Source of the DNA: Candidatus Marinacidobacterium sp.
GTDB lineage: Bacteria > Acidobacteriota > Vicinamibacteria > Marinacidobacterales > Marinacidobacteraceae
Length of the DNA: 64,000 bases
Direction of reading: 5' to 3'
Assembly (NCBI GenBank): GCA_965220965.1
Contig: OZ244852.1
Coordinates: forward strand, 1,952,001-2,016,000
The notes beneath the pieces are model-generated. The model saw nothing but the letters and a program-made list of their open reading frames with translations. It did not search any database and was not told the origin of the DNA. The position numbers and the translations under genes were made by a program. Shown one piece after another: positions 29,514-38,868 of the stretch. Position 1 is the first letter of the stretch. Every line of letters begins with the position of its first letter.

Positions 29514-30093
29514 GCTCAACAGCGCTCATTCTGCAACGGATTCCCCGCTCCGCCGGAAATGGCTTCCAGCCCTGTCGGTCGCGGCGGCGCTCGGGCTCGC
29601 CGCCCCGGCGGCGGCGCAACCGGATTCGCCGTGGCTCCACGTCCGGGTCCACGACGAGTCGGGCAACGCCAAGGTCGAGGTAAACCTGCCGCTGGCCGCG
29701 GTCGAGGCGCTCTCCGGCGCGATGGCGGAGGAGGCCCTTCGCGACGCCCTCGGGAGCGAAGCCGACGCCGACGAGCCCCGTCCGGACTTCGAGGACCTGC
29801 GCGCGCTCTGGCGGGCGCTCCGCGCCGAGCCCGGGGCCTGGGTCTCGGTGGACGATGACGACGGCCAGCTTCGCGCCCGGATGGAGGGCGACGAGGTGAG
29901 GATCACCGCCGCCGGGGACGACGGCTCGTTGAACATCCGCTTCCCGACCGCGGTCGGGGACGCGCTCTTCGAGGAGGGCCGGGAAGACATCGACTTCGCC
30001 GCTGCGGTGCGCCGCCTGCAGGACCACGACGGCGACCTGGTGGTGGTGGACGGCGACGACGGCGGCGTCCGGATCTGGATCGGTCCGCAGTAG
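29512..30093 (+). CDS. Hypothetical secreted protein
   Basis: Signal-like Ala-rich N-terminus ending AAA-Q; acidic body; coding-like third-position GC. Start uncertain. Confidence 0.7.
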   Translation: MLNSAHSATDSPLRRKWLPALSVAAALGLAAPAAAQPDSPWLHVRVHDESGNAKVEVNLPLAAVEALSGAMAEEALRDALGSEADADEPRPDFEDLRALWRALRAEPGAWVSVDDDDGQLRARMEGDEVRITAAGDDGSLNIRFPTAVGDALFEEGREDIDFAAAVRRLQDHDGDLVVVDGDDGGVRIWIGPQ

Positions 30094-30097
30094 AGCG

Positions 30098-30688
30098 ATG
30101 CTCCGTCTCCTCGGCGTTCTCGCCATCGCGGCGCTGGCCGCCGCTCTGCTCTTCGGCGCCTGCCTCGCGGCCTGCGGCGTGGCCGTGGTCTCGGTCGCCT
30201 CGGACGAGACCCCGCGCATCGTGGCGCCGGTCCCGCTCTTCCTGCCGCTCGCCGCGCTCGAGGTCCTTCCGGACGATGTCCTCGGAGAAAAAATCCTGCT
30301 CGAGTTGAAGGACCGCGAGGGCGCCGCGCTCGCTGCGGTTCAGGCGGTGCTCGCGAGCCTCGAGGGAGCGGAAGACGCGACGCTGGTCCACGTGACCGAG
30401 GGCGACACCGAAGTGCTCATCGCGGTGGAGGCGGAGGATCTGGTGGCGCGCATCCGGGAAGAGGGCGCGGACACCCGGGTGTTCCTCCGGGCGCCGATCC
30501 GCGCCCTGGCGGAAGCGGTGGCGGCCTGCGACCCGGCGCCCGACGCGACCTCGGACTCCGGACCGGAGCGCTCCGCTGCGGTCCGCTGCGACCGGCGGGC
30601 GCTGGCCCGCGGTCTCATCCGGTTCGCCCGGGGGACGGAGATCGAAGTCCGCGACGGGGAAACGCGCGTGGACATCTCGATCTGGTAG
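30098..30688 (+). CDS. Hypothetical membrane-anchored or exported protein
   Basis: Hydrophobic N-terminus; 4 nt after the previous stop; similar pattern to the upstream gene. Confidence 0.7.
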   Translation: MLRLLGVLAIAALAAALLFGACLAACGVAVVSVASDETPRIVAPVPLFLPLAALEVLPDDVLGEKILLELKDREGAALAAVQAVLASLEGAEDATLVHVTEGDTEVLIAVEAEDLVARIREEGADTRVFLRAPIRALAEAVAACDPAPDATSDSGPERSAAVRCDRRALARGLIRFARGTEIEVRDGETRVDISIW

Positions 30689-30740
30689 GGCGCGCCCGTC
30701 CGGGGCCGCCCTCCGGCGGATAAACTCCGCGTAAAGGGCC

Positions 30741-33173
30741 ATGAATACGCGCGATTCGATCCGCCGGGTGGCGGGTCTGGCGGGAGTCGCGCTGACAGCG
30801 TTCGTCGGGGCCGGCCTCGCGCTGGAAAATCCCCAGGGGGCGGGCCCGGAGGAGCGCAAGGTCCCAAGAGAGCGTCCGGAAGAGCACCCGGAACAACGGA
30901 ATGTCGCGGAGGAGTCCGGCCGCGACGCGGTCCTGGACCGTCTCCAGCAGGATCTGGCCAGCCAGAGCCTGGCGCCGGGGGGCGCCGGCGGGGACGGCGG
31001 AGGCGGCGCCCCGAACCTCCCGGGGCCTCCGGTGATGTCGCCGACGGCTGACGAGCTCCGGAACATGACGCGCGAGGAGCGGGTCCGCGCGCTGGAAGCC
31101 CGGACCTGGGAGATCTACGCCGCCCCCGTCCCGGACGGGATCGATGTGGACGGGAGCCTCGACGAGGCGGCCTGGGAGCAGGCGATCCCGATCGGGGACT
31201 TCTACGAGCGGGAGACCCGCGAGGGCCTCCCCTCCACCGAATCGACGATCGTCCGGATCCTCTACGACGACGAGAACCTCTACTTCGGCTTCTACTGCAC
31301 GCTGGAGAACGCCGAGGCCAACCGCCCGCGCACGATGTTCCGGGACGAGAACATCGGCAGCGATGACGCGGTGGCGATCCTGCTGGACGCCTACAACGAC
31401 CAGCGAAGCGCCGTCTTCCTCGCGACGAACGCCAACGGCATCCTGTTCGACATGAGCCAGAACGGCCAGAACGAGAGAACGCGCAACCTGGACTGGGACA
31501 TGGTCTGGGAAGCGCGGGGGCGCACGTTTCCCTGGGGATGGACCTCGGAAGTCCGGGTGCCGTTCAAGTCGCTCCGCTTCCGCCCGTCGGAGCCCGGCGA
31601 ACCGGTCGTCTTCGGCGTGGGCTTCAAGCGGAACATCCCCCAGAAGAAGGAGGAGGTCTACTGGCCCTTCGTCTCGAACGACTCCACCTGGTACCGCCCG
31701 GCGGAGCTCGGCAAGCTGCGCGGGATGACCGGGATCCAGCCGGGACGCAACCTCGAGATCCGGCCGTTTGCGGCCGGGGGCCTCGACGGCGGAGGCGAGT
31801 GGGAAGGCGAGGGGCAGCGGTTCGACGGCGGCCTCGACATGAAGTGGGGCGTGACTCCCGGGTTGACCGCCGACTTCACCTGGAACACCGACTTCGCCCA
31901 GGAAGAGGTCGACGATCTGCAGCTCAACTTCACCCGCTTCTCGCTCCGTTTCCCGGAGAAGCGGCAGATCTTCCTCGAGGGCCAGCGCAACTTCACCTTC
32001 GGGGAGCGCCGGGACGCCGACGTCGTCTTCACCCGCCGGATCGGTCTCTCCGACGCCGGCCAGCCGGTGCCGATCGTGGGCGGCGCCCGGCTCTCGGGGC
32101 GCCAGGGCGCCTACACCCTCGGCCTGATGGAGATGGTCACCGCGGAACACCAGGGGGCTCCGGGCGAGAGCTTCACGGTGGCGCGGGTTCGCCGGGACGT
32201 CTCGACCCGGTCCTCGGTGGGGGCTGTCTTCACCGACCGGTCGGCGGTCGGAACCGACGCCTTCAACCGCGTCATCGGGTTCGACACCAGCCTCTACGCC
32301 GGCGACGCGTGGAGCTTCGAGGGGCTGTGGTCCCGGGTCAGCACGGGCGCCGAGCTCGACAGTTCGGACCTCGCCTCGGGCCGCATCGACTACGAGACCG
32401 ACCTCCTCCAGGGCACCGCCAAGTACATCGAGATCGGAGAGAACTTCGATCCCGGGATCGGCTTCGTGCAGCGCCGGGGCATGCGCAAGACGTATTTCCG
32501 CGCCGGCGTCTCGCCGCGTCCGTCCGCGCCGTGGATGCGGCAGGTCCACTTCCAGGCGAACGTGGCGACCGTCTGGAACCTCGACAACGTGCTCGAGACC
32601 CGGCGGGGGACGCTCCAGGGCCGCGCGACCTTCGAGAGCGGCGACGAAGTCTCGGTGGAGGTCACCGACCAGTACGAGTTCACGCTCGCTGACTACTCGA
32701 TCCAGGATGTCGTCATCCCGGCGGGGGAGTACCCGTTCCGCCGCTACCAGGTCAGCCTGAACACCTACCGCCGCCGCTACGCCGGGCTACAGACGAGCTA
32801 CGAGTTCGGCGGCTTCTGGGGAGGGACCCGCGACACCTGGTCGCTCGGGGCCAACTACCGGGTGAACCGGAACATCGGGCTCCGGGGCAACTACGCCTAC
32901 AACCGGGTCCGCCTCCCGGGCGGCGACATCGACACCCACCTGATCTCCACCCGGATGCGGGTGGCGCTGCGGAACGATCTGGTGGTCCTCGGCCTGTTCC
33001 AGTACAACAACGCGACCGCGGACTTCGCCTCGAACGTGCGGTTCAACTGGATCCCCAAGCCGGGCACCGACCTGTTCCTGGTCTACACCGAGCTGGACGA
33101 GTGGTCCGGAGACCTCTTCTTCGTCCGCAACCGCAGCCTCTCGGTCAAGCTGAACTACCTGTTCCGGCTCTGA
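30741..33173 (+). CDS. CBM9-like/DUF5916 domain outer-membrane protein
   Basis: Signal peptide; VDGSLDEAAW, YDDENLYFG, EVRVPFKSLRF, NTDFAQEEVD, FPEKRQIFLEG, FDPGIGF; C-terminus VKLNYLFRL. Confidence 0.85.
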   Translation: MNTRDSIRRVAGLAGVALTAFVGAGLALENPQGAGPEERKVPRERPEEHPEQRNVAEESGRDAVLDRLQQDLASQSLAPGGAGGDGGGGAPNLPGPPVMSPTADELRNMTREERVRALEARTWEIYAAPVPDGIDVDGSLDEAAWEQAIPIGDFYERETREGLPSTESTIVRILYDDENLYFGFYCTLENAEANRPRTMFRDENIGSDDAVAILLDAYNDQRSAVFLATNANGILFDMSQNGQNERTRNLDWDMVWEARGRTFPWGWTSEVRVPFKSLRFRPSEPGEPVVFGVGFKRNIPQKKEEVYWPFVSNDSTWYRPAELGKLRGMTGIQPGRNLEIRPFAAGGLDGGGEWEGEGQRFDGGLDMKWGVTPGLTADFTWNTDFAQEEVDDLQLNFTRFSLRFPEKRQIFLEGQRNFTFGERRDADVVFTRRIGLSDAGQPVPIVGGARLSGRQGAYTLGLMEMVTAEHQGAPGESFTVARVRRDVSTRSSVGAVFTDRSAVGTDAFNRVIGFDTSLYAGDAWSFEGLWSRVSTGAELDSSDLASGRIDYETDLLQGTAKYIEIGENFDPGIGFVQRRGMRKTYFRAGVSPRPSAPWMRQVHFQANVATVWNLDNVLETRRGTLQGRATFESGDEVSVEVTDQYEFTLADYSIQDVVIPAGEYPFRRYQVSLNTYRRRYAGLQTSYEFGGFWGGTRDTWSLGANYRVNRNIGLRGNYAYNRVRLPGGDIDTHLISTRMRVALRNDLVVLGLFQYNNATADFASNVRFNWIPKPGTDLFLVYTELDEWSGDLFFVRNRSLSVKLNYLFRL

Positions 33174-33218
33174 CGCCTCCGAAGCCGAAGCCGGGTCCGC
33201 CCCGGCGGGCGCGCATTC

Positions 33219-33234
33219 CGGCGCCGGGATTGCG
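33219..33234 (+). promoter_or_regulatory. Sigma54-like -24/-12 motif upstream of the YHYH gene
   Basis: CGGCGCCGGGATTGCG: GG-N10-GC with TTGC. Confidence 0.4.
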
Positions 33235-33267
33235 TTCGCCCGCTCTCCATCGCAGGGAGAGTGGCTT

Positions 33268-34248
33268 GTGATCACGTCAACACGAACGGCTCGCCGAATG
33301 GCGGGTTTCCTGACCATTGCGGCGCTGCTGGGCGCCTGCGGTTCCGATACGGCGCCGCCCGCGTCGGTGACGGAGGAGCTCCCGCCCGACGCTCCCGGGC
33401 TGGACGTGACGCAATTCGTCGAAGGCGCGCTGGTCGCTCCCGCGGTCACCGAGCCCTGCGTGCTCTCGGGCGGAGCGCAGGCGACGTGCCACCGCCTCGA
33501 GATCGCCGGGGCGCCGGCGGAGCGCGAGATCGGTCCGTTCTGTCCGTCAACGATCTCCGCAAGCGCCGAGGAAGGGGGCATCTGGTTCGACGGCGGGGGC
33601 GAGGTCTACGAGCTGGACGGCGCCTTCATCGTCCGCGTGGGCGACATCTACGGCGACCCCAACTGGCGGCTCTACGACCCTGAAACGGGCGAAGTGAACG
33701 TCACGGACACCCAGGTGGCGTGCGAGGCGGCGGCGCGTCCCAACGTGGATCCGATGTACCGGAACCACTGCGTGGAGTGCTCGATCGACTACTACGGCGG
33801 GGGCGTGAGACAGACGGTTCTGATTCCGTCCAGTCCGGTTCCGATGTCGTCCCCCGCGCCCATCGGCAACGCCGATGTGGGCGTTTCGCTCCAGGGCGTC
33901 GTCCTCGGTCCGCCGGCGCCGGTCCACGCGATCCTCGGGGCCTACACGATCGCCGCGTTCGACGATTGCGGGGGGCACGTGAACCCGGTCGAGGGCTACC
34001 ACTACCACGCCGCGACCGCCTGCAACGAGACAGTGATCCAGGAGGACGGCCACGCGGCGCTCATCGGCTACGCCCGGGACGGCTACGCGATCTTCGGGAC
34101 CACCGACGCGAACGGCGCCGCCCCGACGGGGCTCGACAGTTGCCGGGGACACGAAGACGAGACGCGCGGCTACCACTACCACGCCGCCGCAACCGGATCG
34201 AACATGTTCCTCGGCTGCTTCCGCGGCCAGCAGGCCGTGACCCGGTAG
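33268..34248 (+). CDS. YHYH-domain lipoprotein
   Basis: Lipobox LLGAC; DDCGGH...GYHYH, IGYARDGYAIFG, LDSCRGH...GYHYH; Cys-rich. Confidence 0.87.
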   Translation: MITSTRTARRMAGFLTIAALLGACGSDTAPPASVTEELPPDAPGLDVTQFVEGALVAPAVTEPCVLSGGAQATCHRLEIAGAPAEREIGPFCPSTISASAEEGGIWFDGGGEVYELDGAFIVRVGDIYGDPNWRLYDPETGEVNVTDTQVACEAAARPNVDPMYRNHCVECSIDYYGGGVRQTVLIPSSPVPMSSPAPIGNADVGVSLQGVVLGPPAPVHAILGAYTIAAFDDCGGHVNPVEGYHYHAATACNETVIQEDGHAALIGYARDGYAIFGTTDANGAAPTGLDSCRGHEDETRGYHYHAAATGSNMFLGCFRGQQAVTR

Positions 34249-34290
34249 CTCGAGCCGGGACACCCTCGGGCGCCGGATCCCGCGAGAGTC

Positions 34291-34306
34291 CGGCATTGGG
34301 CTTGCA
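34291..34306 (+). promoter_or_regulatory. Sigma54-like -24/-12 promoter motif (VWA copy 1)
   Basis: CGGCATTGGGCTTGCA: GG-N10-GC; GGAGG RBS further downstream. Confidence 0.55.
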
Positions 34307-34367
34307 TGCCCCCGGCCCGACGCCCGGGCCCCGCATCGGCCCCGGGCATCCCAGGGAGGTCGACGCC

Positions 34368-35534
34368 ATGCCGAACGTCATCGAGAGACGCGTGGAAGCG
34401 CGCCATCGGCGCACTAGTGAGAGGCGGGTCTCCGCCTGGTTCGCAGGCGCCGCCACAGCCTTTGCGCTGGCCGCGTCCGTCCAGGCCGCCGCACAGGAAG
34501 CGCCGCCGGTCACGCTGGATGTCCTCGTGCTCGACCGCGACGGACGCCCGGCGCCCGATCTGGGCGTGGGCGACTTCGAGGTCGTGGACCAAGGCTCGAC
34601 ACGGGCCATCAGCCGCGTCCGGGTGCTGCCGACTCCGGAGGAGCCGCGCCGGTTCGTGTTCGTGGTGAACCGGCGGGGAGCGCTCCCCGATCAGCTCCGG
34701 CGCTTCAGGAGCGGGATCGAGTCCTTCCTGGAGGAGAGCTTCGGCGAGCAGGACGAGGCGATGTTCGTGGACTTCGGCGATGTCCCGCGCATCACGACGG
34801 GCTGGCGGCGGGGCGGCGCCGCCGCGCTCGCTGAAGTCGACGAGCTGGTCCCCATCGGGTTCCAGGGCGTCGCCGGCGGGTCGCAGGACGCGGCCGACGC
34901 CGCCTACATGCTCTATGCGCTCAGCGAGCGCCTGGCCGCGACGCCCGGCAGGAAGATCGTGGTCATGTTCTCCCGGAGCCTGAGCACGTTCGGGGGCAGA
35001 CCGGGCCTTGGTCGGGACCCCTGGTTCAACGAGAACGCGGGCGTAAGGCCCAGCGGGCAACCCGGCGCGGACGACGCGGAGCTGGCGCTGGCGGGCGCGT
35101 TCCGGCGCGCCCGCACGACCGTCTACGCCGTCCACCTCGAGGGCGCCCGGACGCAGGACGACGGCATCCTGGTCCGGGACCGGGACGAGATGGGAAGGAT
35201 GGACACGACGAACACGGCCAGCGGAGTGCAGGGCGCCACGAGAGTCCGGAACTCGTCCGCTTCCATTTCGGGCCGCAGCCGCGCCGCGTTCTCCCGCCCG
35301 GTGGACGACTTCCTCTCGTCGCTGGCCTCCAGCACCGGCGGCGACTACACAGCGAGGGCCACCGATCTGGCCGCCGTCCTCAATCGGATCGAGGCGGCCA
35401 ATCGCGCGTGGTACGAGCTGAGCGTCGGCGCCGCGTCCGCTGCTCCCGACCCCCGCGCGCCCGCGCTGGAGGTTCGCGCGCCGAACCACCCCGACCTCAG
35501 AGTGATCGCCCGGCCGGGCGCTCTCCGGGAGTAA
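34368..35534 (+). CDS. Exported VWFA-related (acidobacterial VWA) protein, copy 1
   Basis: GGAGG RBS; signal peptide; LDVLVLDRDGRP..DL...DFEV, PGRKIVVMFS, LASSTGG, YEL, ARPG. Confidence 0.85.
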   Translation: MPNVIERRVEARHRRTSERRVSAWFAGAATAFALAASVQAAAQEAPPVTLDVLVLDRDGRPAPDLGVGDFEVVDQGSTRAISRVRVLPTPEEPRRFVFVVNRRGALPDQLRRFRSGIESFLEESFGEQDEAMFVDFGDVPRITTGWRRGGAAALAEVDELVPIGFQGVAGGSQDAADAAYMLYALSERLAATPGRKIVVMFSRSLSTFGGRPGLGRDPWFNENAGVRPSGQPGADDAELALAGAFRRARTTVYAVHLEGARTQDDGILVRDRDEMGRMDTTNTASGVQGATRVRNSSASISGRSRAAFSRPVDDFLSSLASSTGGDYTARATDLAAVLNRIEAANRAWYELSVGAASAAPDPRAPALEVRAPNHPDLRVIARPGALRE

Positions 35535-35566
35535 CCGGACGCTACGACTGCGGCGGACTCCAGGTC

Positions 35567-35582
35567 CGGCATCGGGTTTGCA
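35567..35582 (+). promoter_or_regulatory. Sigma54-like -24/-12 promoter motif (VWA copy 2)
   Basis: CGGCATCGGGTTTGCA: GG-N10-GC; both differences from copy 1 fall in the spacer. Confidence 0.55.
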
Positions 35583-35644
35583 TGCCCCGGGCCCGATGGT
35601 CGGGCCCCGCGTCGGCGCCCGGGCATCCCAGGGAGGTCGACGCC

Positions 35645-36808
35645 ATGCCGGACGCCATCGAGAGACGCGTGGAAGCGCGCCATCGGCGCATCACCGGGAG
35701 GCGGAGTTCCACCTGGTTCGCAGGTGCCGCCGCAGCCCTCGCGCTGGCCGCGCCTCTCCTGGCCGCCGCCCAGGAGCCGCCGGTCACGCTGGACGTCCTC
35801 GTGCTCGACCGCGACGGACGCCCGGCGCCCGATCTGGGCGTGGGCGACTTCGAGGTCATGGACCGGGGCTCGACCCGGGCCGTCAGCCGCGTCCGGGTGC
35901 TGCCGACTCCGGAGGAACCGCGCCGGTTCGTGTTCGCGGTGAACCGCCGCGGAGCGCTCCCCGATCAGCTCCGGCGCTTCAGGAGCGGGATCGAGTCCTT
36001 CCTGGAGGAGAGCTTCGGCGAGCAGGACGAGGCGATGTTCGTGGACTTCGGCGATGTCCCGCGCATCACGACGGGCTGGCGGCGGGGCGGCGCCGCCGCG
36101 CTCGCTGAAGTGGACGAGCTGGTCCCCATCGGGTTCCAGGGCGTCGCCGGGGGGTCGCAGGACGCGGCCGACGCCGCCTACATGCTGTATGCGCTCAGCG
36201 AGCGCCTGGCCGCGACGCCCGGCAGGAAGATCGTGGTCGTCTTCTCCCGGAGCCTGAGCACGTTCTCGGGTTTTCCGGCGCCGCAGGACGGGGTCTTCGT
36301 TGTCAGAGGGGTAGCCAATCCGGCAACCGGGCAGGCCGGCGCGGAGGACGCGGAGAAGGCGCTGGCGGGCGCGTTCCAGCGCGCCCGCGCGACCGTCTAC
36401 ACCGTCCACCTCGAGGGCGCCCGGACCCAGGACGACGGCATCCTGGTCCGGGACCGGGACGAGATGGGCATGATGAACACGACGAACACCGCCAGCGGAG
36501 TGCAGGGCGCCACACGGGTCCTCGGCTCTTCCGCTTCCGTGAGGGGTCGCAGCCGCGACGCGTTCTCCCGACCGGTGGACGACTTCCTCTCGTCGCTCGC
36601 CTCCAGCACCGGCGGCGACTACACGGCGCGCGCCACCGATCTTGCCGCCGTCCTCAATCGGATCGAGGCCGCGAATCGCGCGTGGTACGAGCTGAGCGTC
36701 GGCGCCGCGTCCGCCGCTCCCGACCCCCGCGCGCCCGCGCTGGAGGTTCGCGCGCCGAACCACCCCGACCTCAGAGTGATCGCCCGGCCGGGCGCTCTCC
36801 GGGAGTAA
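35645..36808 (+). CDS. Exported VWFA-related protein, copy 2
   Basis: Near-identical paralog of 34368-35534. Confidence 0.85.
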   Translation: MPDAIERRVEARHRRITGRRSSTWFAGAAAALALAAPLLAAAQEPPVTLDVLVLDRDGRPAPDLGVGDFEVMDRGSTRAVSRVRVLPTPEEPRRFVFAVNRRGALPDQLRRFRSGIESFLEESFGEQDEAMFVDFGDVPRITTGWRRGGAAALAEVDELVPIGFQGVAGGSQDAADAAYMLYALSERLAATPGRKIVVVFSRSLSTFSGFPAPQDGVFVVRGVANPATGQAGAEDAEKALAGAFQRARATVYTVHLEGARTQDDGILVRDRDEMGMMNTTNTASGVQGATRVLGSSASVRGRSRDAFSRPVDDFLSSLASSTGGDYTARATDLAAVLNRIEAANRAWYELSVGAASAAPDPRAPALEVRAPNHPDLRVIARPGALRE

Positions 36809-36904
36809 CCGGACGCTACGACGCCTCCACCGCTAACATGGGCGCGGTCCCACTTGCATAGCCGCCGCGCTCCCGGAGCCCCCGGGTTCCCTGTTCCCCT
36901 CCTG

Positions 36905-38839
36905 ATGTCCCTCCGACCGCCCCGATTCCCGCTCGGCCTCACCCTGCTCGCCGCGCTGAGCCTGGCGAGCTTCAGCGTCACCGACGCATCCGCGCAGGGG
37001 TTCCGGTTCCGGGCGGAGACGACCCGCGTCATCGTGGACGTGCTCGTGCTCGACGACGACGGCAACCCGGTTCCCGGGCTGACCGCCGCCGACTTCGAGC
37101 TGTTCGAGGAGGGCGAGCCGCAGCAGGTCCTGAGCCTGGATGTGGTGGACTGGGAGCGCTACGGAACGATTCCGGAGATCGCCGAGGAGGCGCCCGAGGC
37201 CGCCCCTCCCCCCGCGCCCGAGGCCGACGTGAACGCCTCGCCCCGCCGGTTCGTCATCGTGTTCAACCGGCGGCGCGCCGACCCGGTGAACCTGCGGCGC
37301 GCCAAGCGCGGACTCGAGGAGTTCGTCGCGAACAACATGGTGGACGGCGACGAGACGATGCTCCTCGAGTTCGCCAACGAAGTGCGGGTGCTGCAGGAGT
37401 TCTGGCCCGGCAAGGAGGAAACGCTCGCGGCCGTCCGGCGGATCGTCCCCGGAACGTATTCGAGCTTCGTTCCGGAAGCCGACGCCCGCGAGACCTTCCG
37501 GATGCTCCAGACCCTCGCCGATGTGCTCGAACAGGTGCCGGGCCGCAAGATCGTGGTGCTGCTCTCGAGCATGCTCCAGACGTTCGCCGACTCGCGGCAG
37601 ATCGTGGACGAAGTCGCCGGCAACGCGGTCGAGGGGTTCCCGGGCCGAAGCGCCCTCGACGAGACGAACGCGCTGCTGGCGGCGATCCAGCAGATGAACC
37701 ACGCGAACGCCACGCTCTACTCGATCGACATCGAGGGCGTCTACGGGAACGAGAACCAGCTTCTCATCTCGAGCCAGAACAGCTTCGACTCGCTCGGGAA
37801 CGACCTCGGCGTCGCCCCGCCGGAGGCCCCGCTGGACCGGCTGAACGTCGCCGCCAACGTGCTGGCGGAGGGCGGGAACGCCTCGCTCGCGATCGCCACC
37901 GGAGGCGCCCACTTCCCGAACCAGACGAACTTCGCCGTCGCTCTGAACCGCATCGGGATCCAGAACGAGCTCTACTACCTGCTCTCGTTCTCCCCGCTGG
38001 ACGCCGGACTCGACGGCGGCTACCGGCGCCTCGAAGTGAGGGTCCGCGGCGAGCACGACTACCGGGTCATCGCCCGCCCCGGCTACTTCGCCCGCGAGCG
38101 GCGGGGGCCCGTGATCGAGGCCGCGGCGCGCGGGGACTACGGCTACGCCTTCCCCGACAACGTCCACAGCTACGCCTACCTGCTGAACCCCCGTCCGGAG
38201 GGGGCCTTCACCGTGCTGACCGCGGCCCTTCCCGAGGCCTACGTTGCGGAGTCGGGCGTGCTGCGGCTCCGCGTCACCGACGCCGACGGCGTCGTTCTGG
38301 CCGACGCCGAAGGCGTGGTGGATCCGGGCCGGTTCTGGATCTCGGCCCCGGTCGAGCTGCCCGCCGGCGAGCACGAGTTCGAGGTCCGGGTGGAGCGCAG
38401 CGGGAACCGGACCTACACCGCGACCACCGGGATCACGATCCCCGCCGGGCTGGGCGCCGAGTTCACGCTCTCCAGCGTGTTCCCCTTCCTCGCCGAGTCC
38501 CACCAGCCGGAGGCCACCGGCCCGCCGGTGCGCCCGGTGGCGGTGTTCGCCCCGGCGGAGGACGCCCGGATCGCCTTCTTCATCCTCCCAGGGACGAACG
38601 ACCCGGTCTCGCGCGTCCAGGTCTCCTACCAGGTGATGAACGATGCCGGGGAGATCACCGTCGAGGGCGAGCGCCCCGACCTGTTCGAGCTCGCGCCCGA
38701 CCGACCGGGGGGCACGCCGGTCATGCTGCCGCTCCAGACCGCCGGCCTGCGTCCCGGCCGCTACACCGCGGTGGTGCGGGTGACCGACGATCGCCGGGAC
38801 CGCACGGCCTCCGGCGAGCTCGAGTTCCTGATCCGCTGA
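36905..38839 (+). CDS. Exported VWFA-related protein with C-terminal Ig-like domains
   Basis: FRAETTRVIVDVLVLDDDGNPVPGLTAADFELFEEG, PGRKIVVLLS, ATGG, YYLLSF, YRRLEVRV, ARPGYFA, LRPGRY. Confidence 0.88.
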   Translation: MSLRPPRFPLGLTLLAALSLASFSVTDASAQGFRFRAETTRVIVDVLVLDDDGNPVPGLTAADFELFEEGEPQQVLSLDVVDWERYGTIPEIAEEAPEAAPPPAPEADVNASPRRFVIVFNRRRADPVNLRRAKRGLEEFVANNMVDGDETMLLEFANEVRVLQEFWPGKEETLAAVRRIVPGTYSSFVPEADARETFRMLQTLADVLEQVPGRKIVVLLSSMLQTFADSRQIVDEVAGNAVEGFPGRSALDETNALLAAIQQMNHANATLYSIDIEGVYGNENQLLISSQNSFDSLGNDLGVAPPEAPLDRLNVAANVLAEGGNASLAIATGGAHFPNQTNFAVALNRIGIQNELYYLLSFSPLDAGLDGGYRRLEVRVRGEHDYRVIARPGYFARERRGPVIEAAARGDYGYAFPDNVHSYAYLLNPRPEGAFTVLTAALPEAYVAESGVLRLRVTDADGVVLADAEGVVDPGRFWISAPVELPAGEHEFEVRVERSGNRTYTATTGITIPAGLGAEFTLSSVFPFLAESHQPEATGPPVRPVAVFAPAEDARIAFFILPGTNDPVSRVQVSYQVMNDAGEITVEGERPDLFELAPDRPGGTPVMLPLQTAGLRPGRYTAVVRVTDDRRDRTASGELEFLIR

Positions 38840-38843
38840 GTAC

Positions 38844-38868
38844 GGGGGCGTCCGTCCCGGACGCCTCC
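38844..38868. terminator. Hairpin between convergent genes
   Basis: GGCGTCCG-tcc-CGGACGCC stem between the VWA and ggt stop codons; no U tract. Confidence 0.45.

Larger units (their letters stand above)
34288..36822 (+). repeat. Tandem direct duplication of a ~1.27 kb promoter-plus-VWA-gene unit
   Basis: Copy 1 ~34288-35548, copy 2 ~35564-36822. Both begin GTCCGGCAT and end GAGTAACCGGACGCTACGAC, with long identical stretches. Confidence 0.97.

Noticed and set aside
34288-36822. Diversity-generating retroelement TR/VR pair
   Set aside because: Differences are not adenine-specific, both copies are full genes, and no reverse transcriptase is in the window
36835-36860. Sigma54 motif before the third VWA gene
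   Set aside because: TTGCA is present but there is no GG at the required spacing
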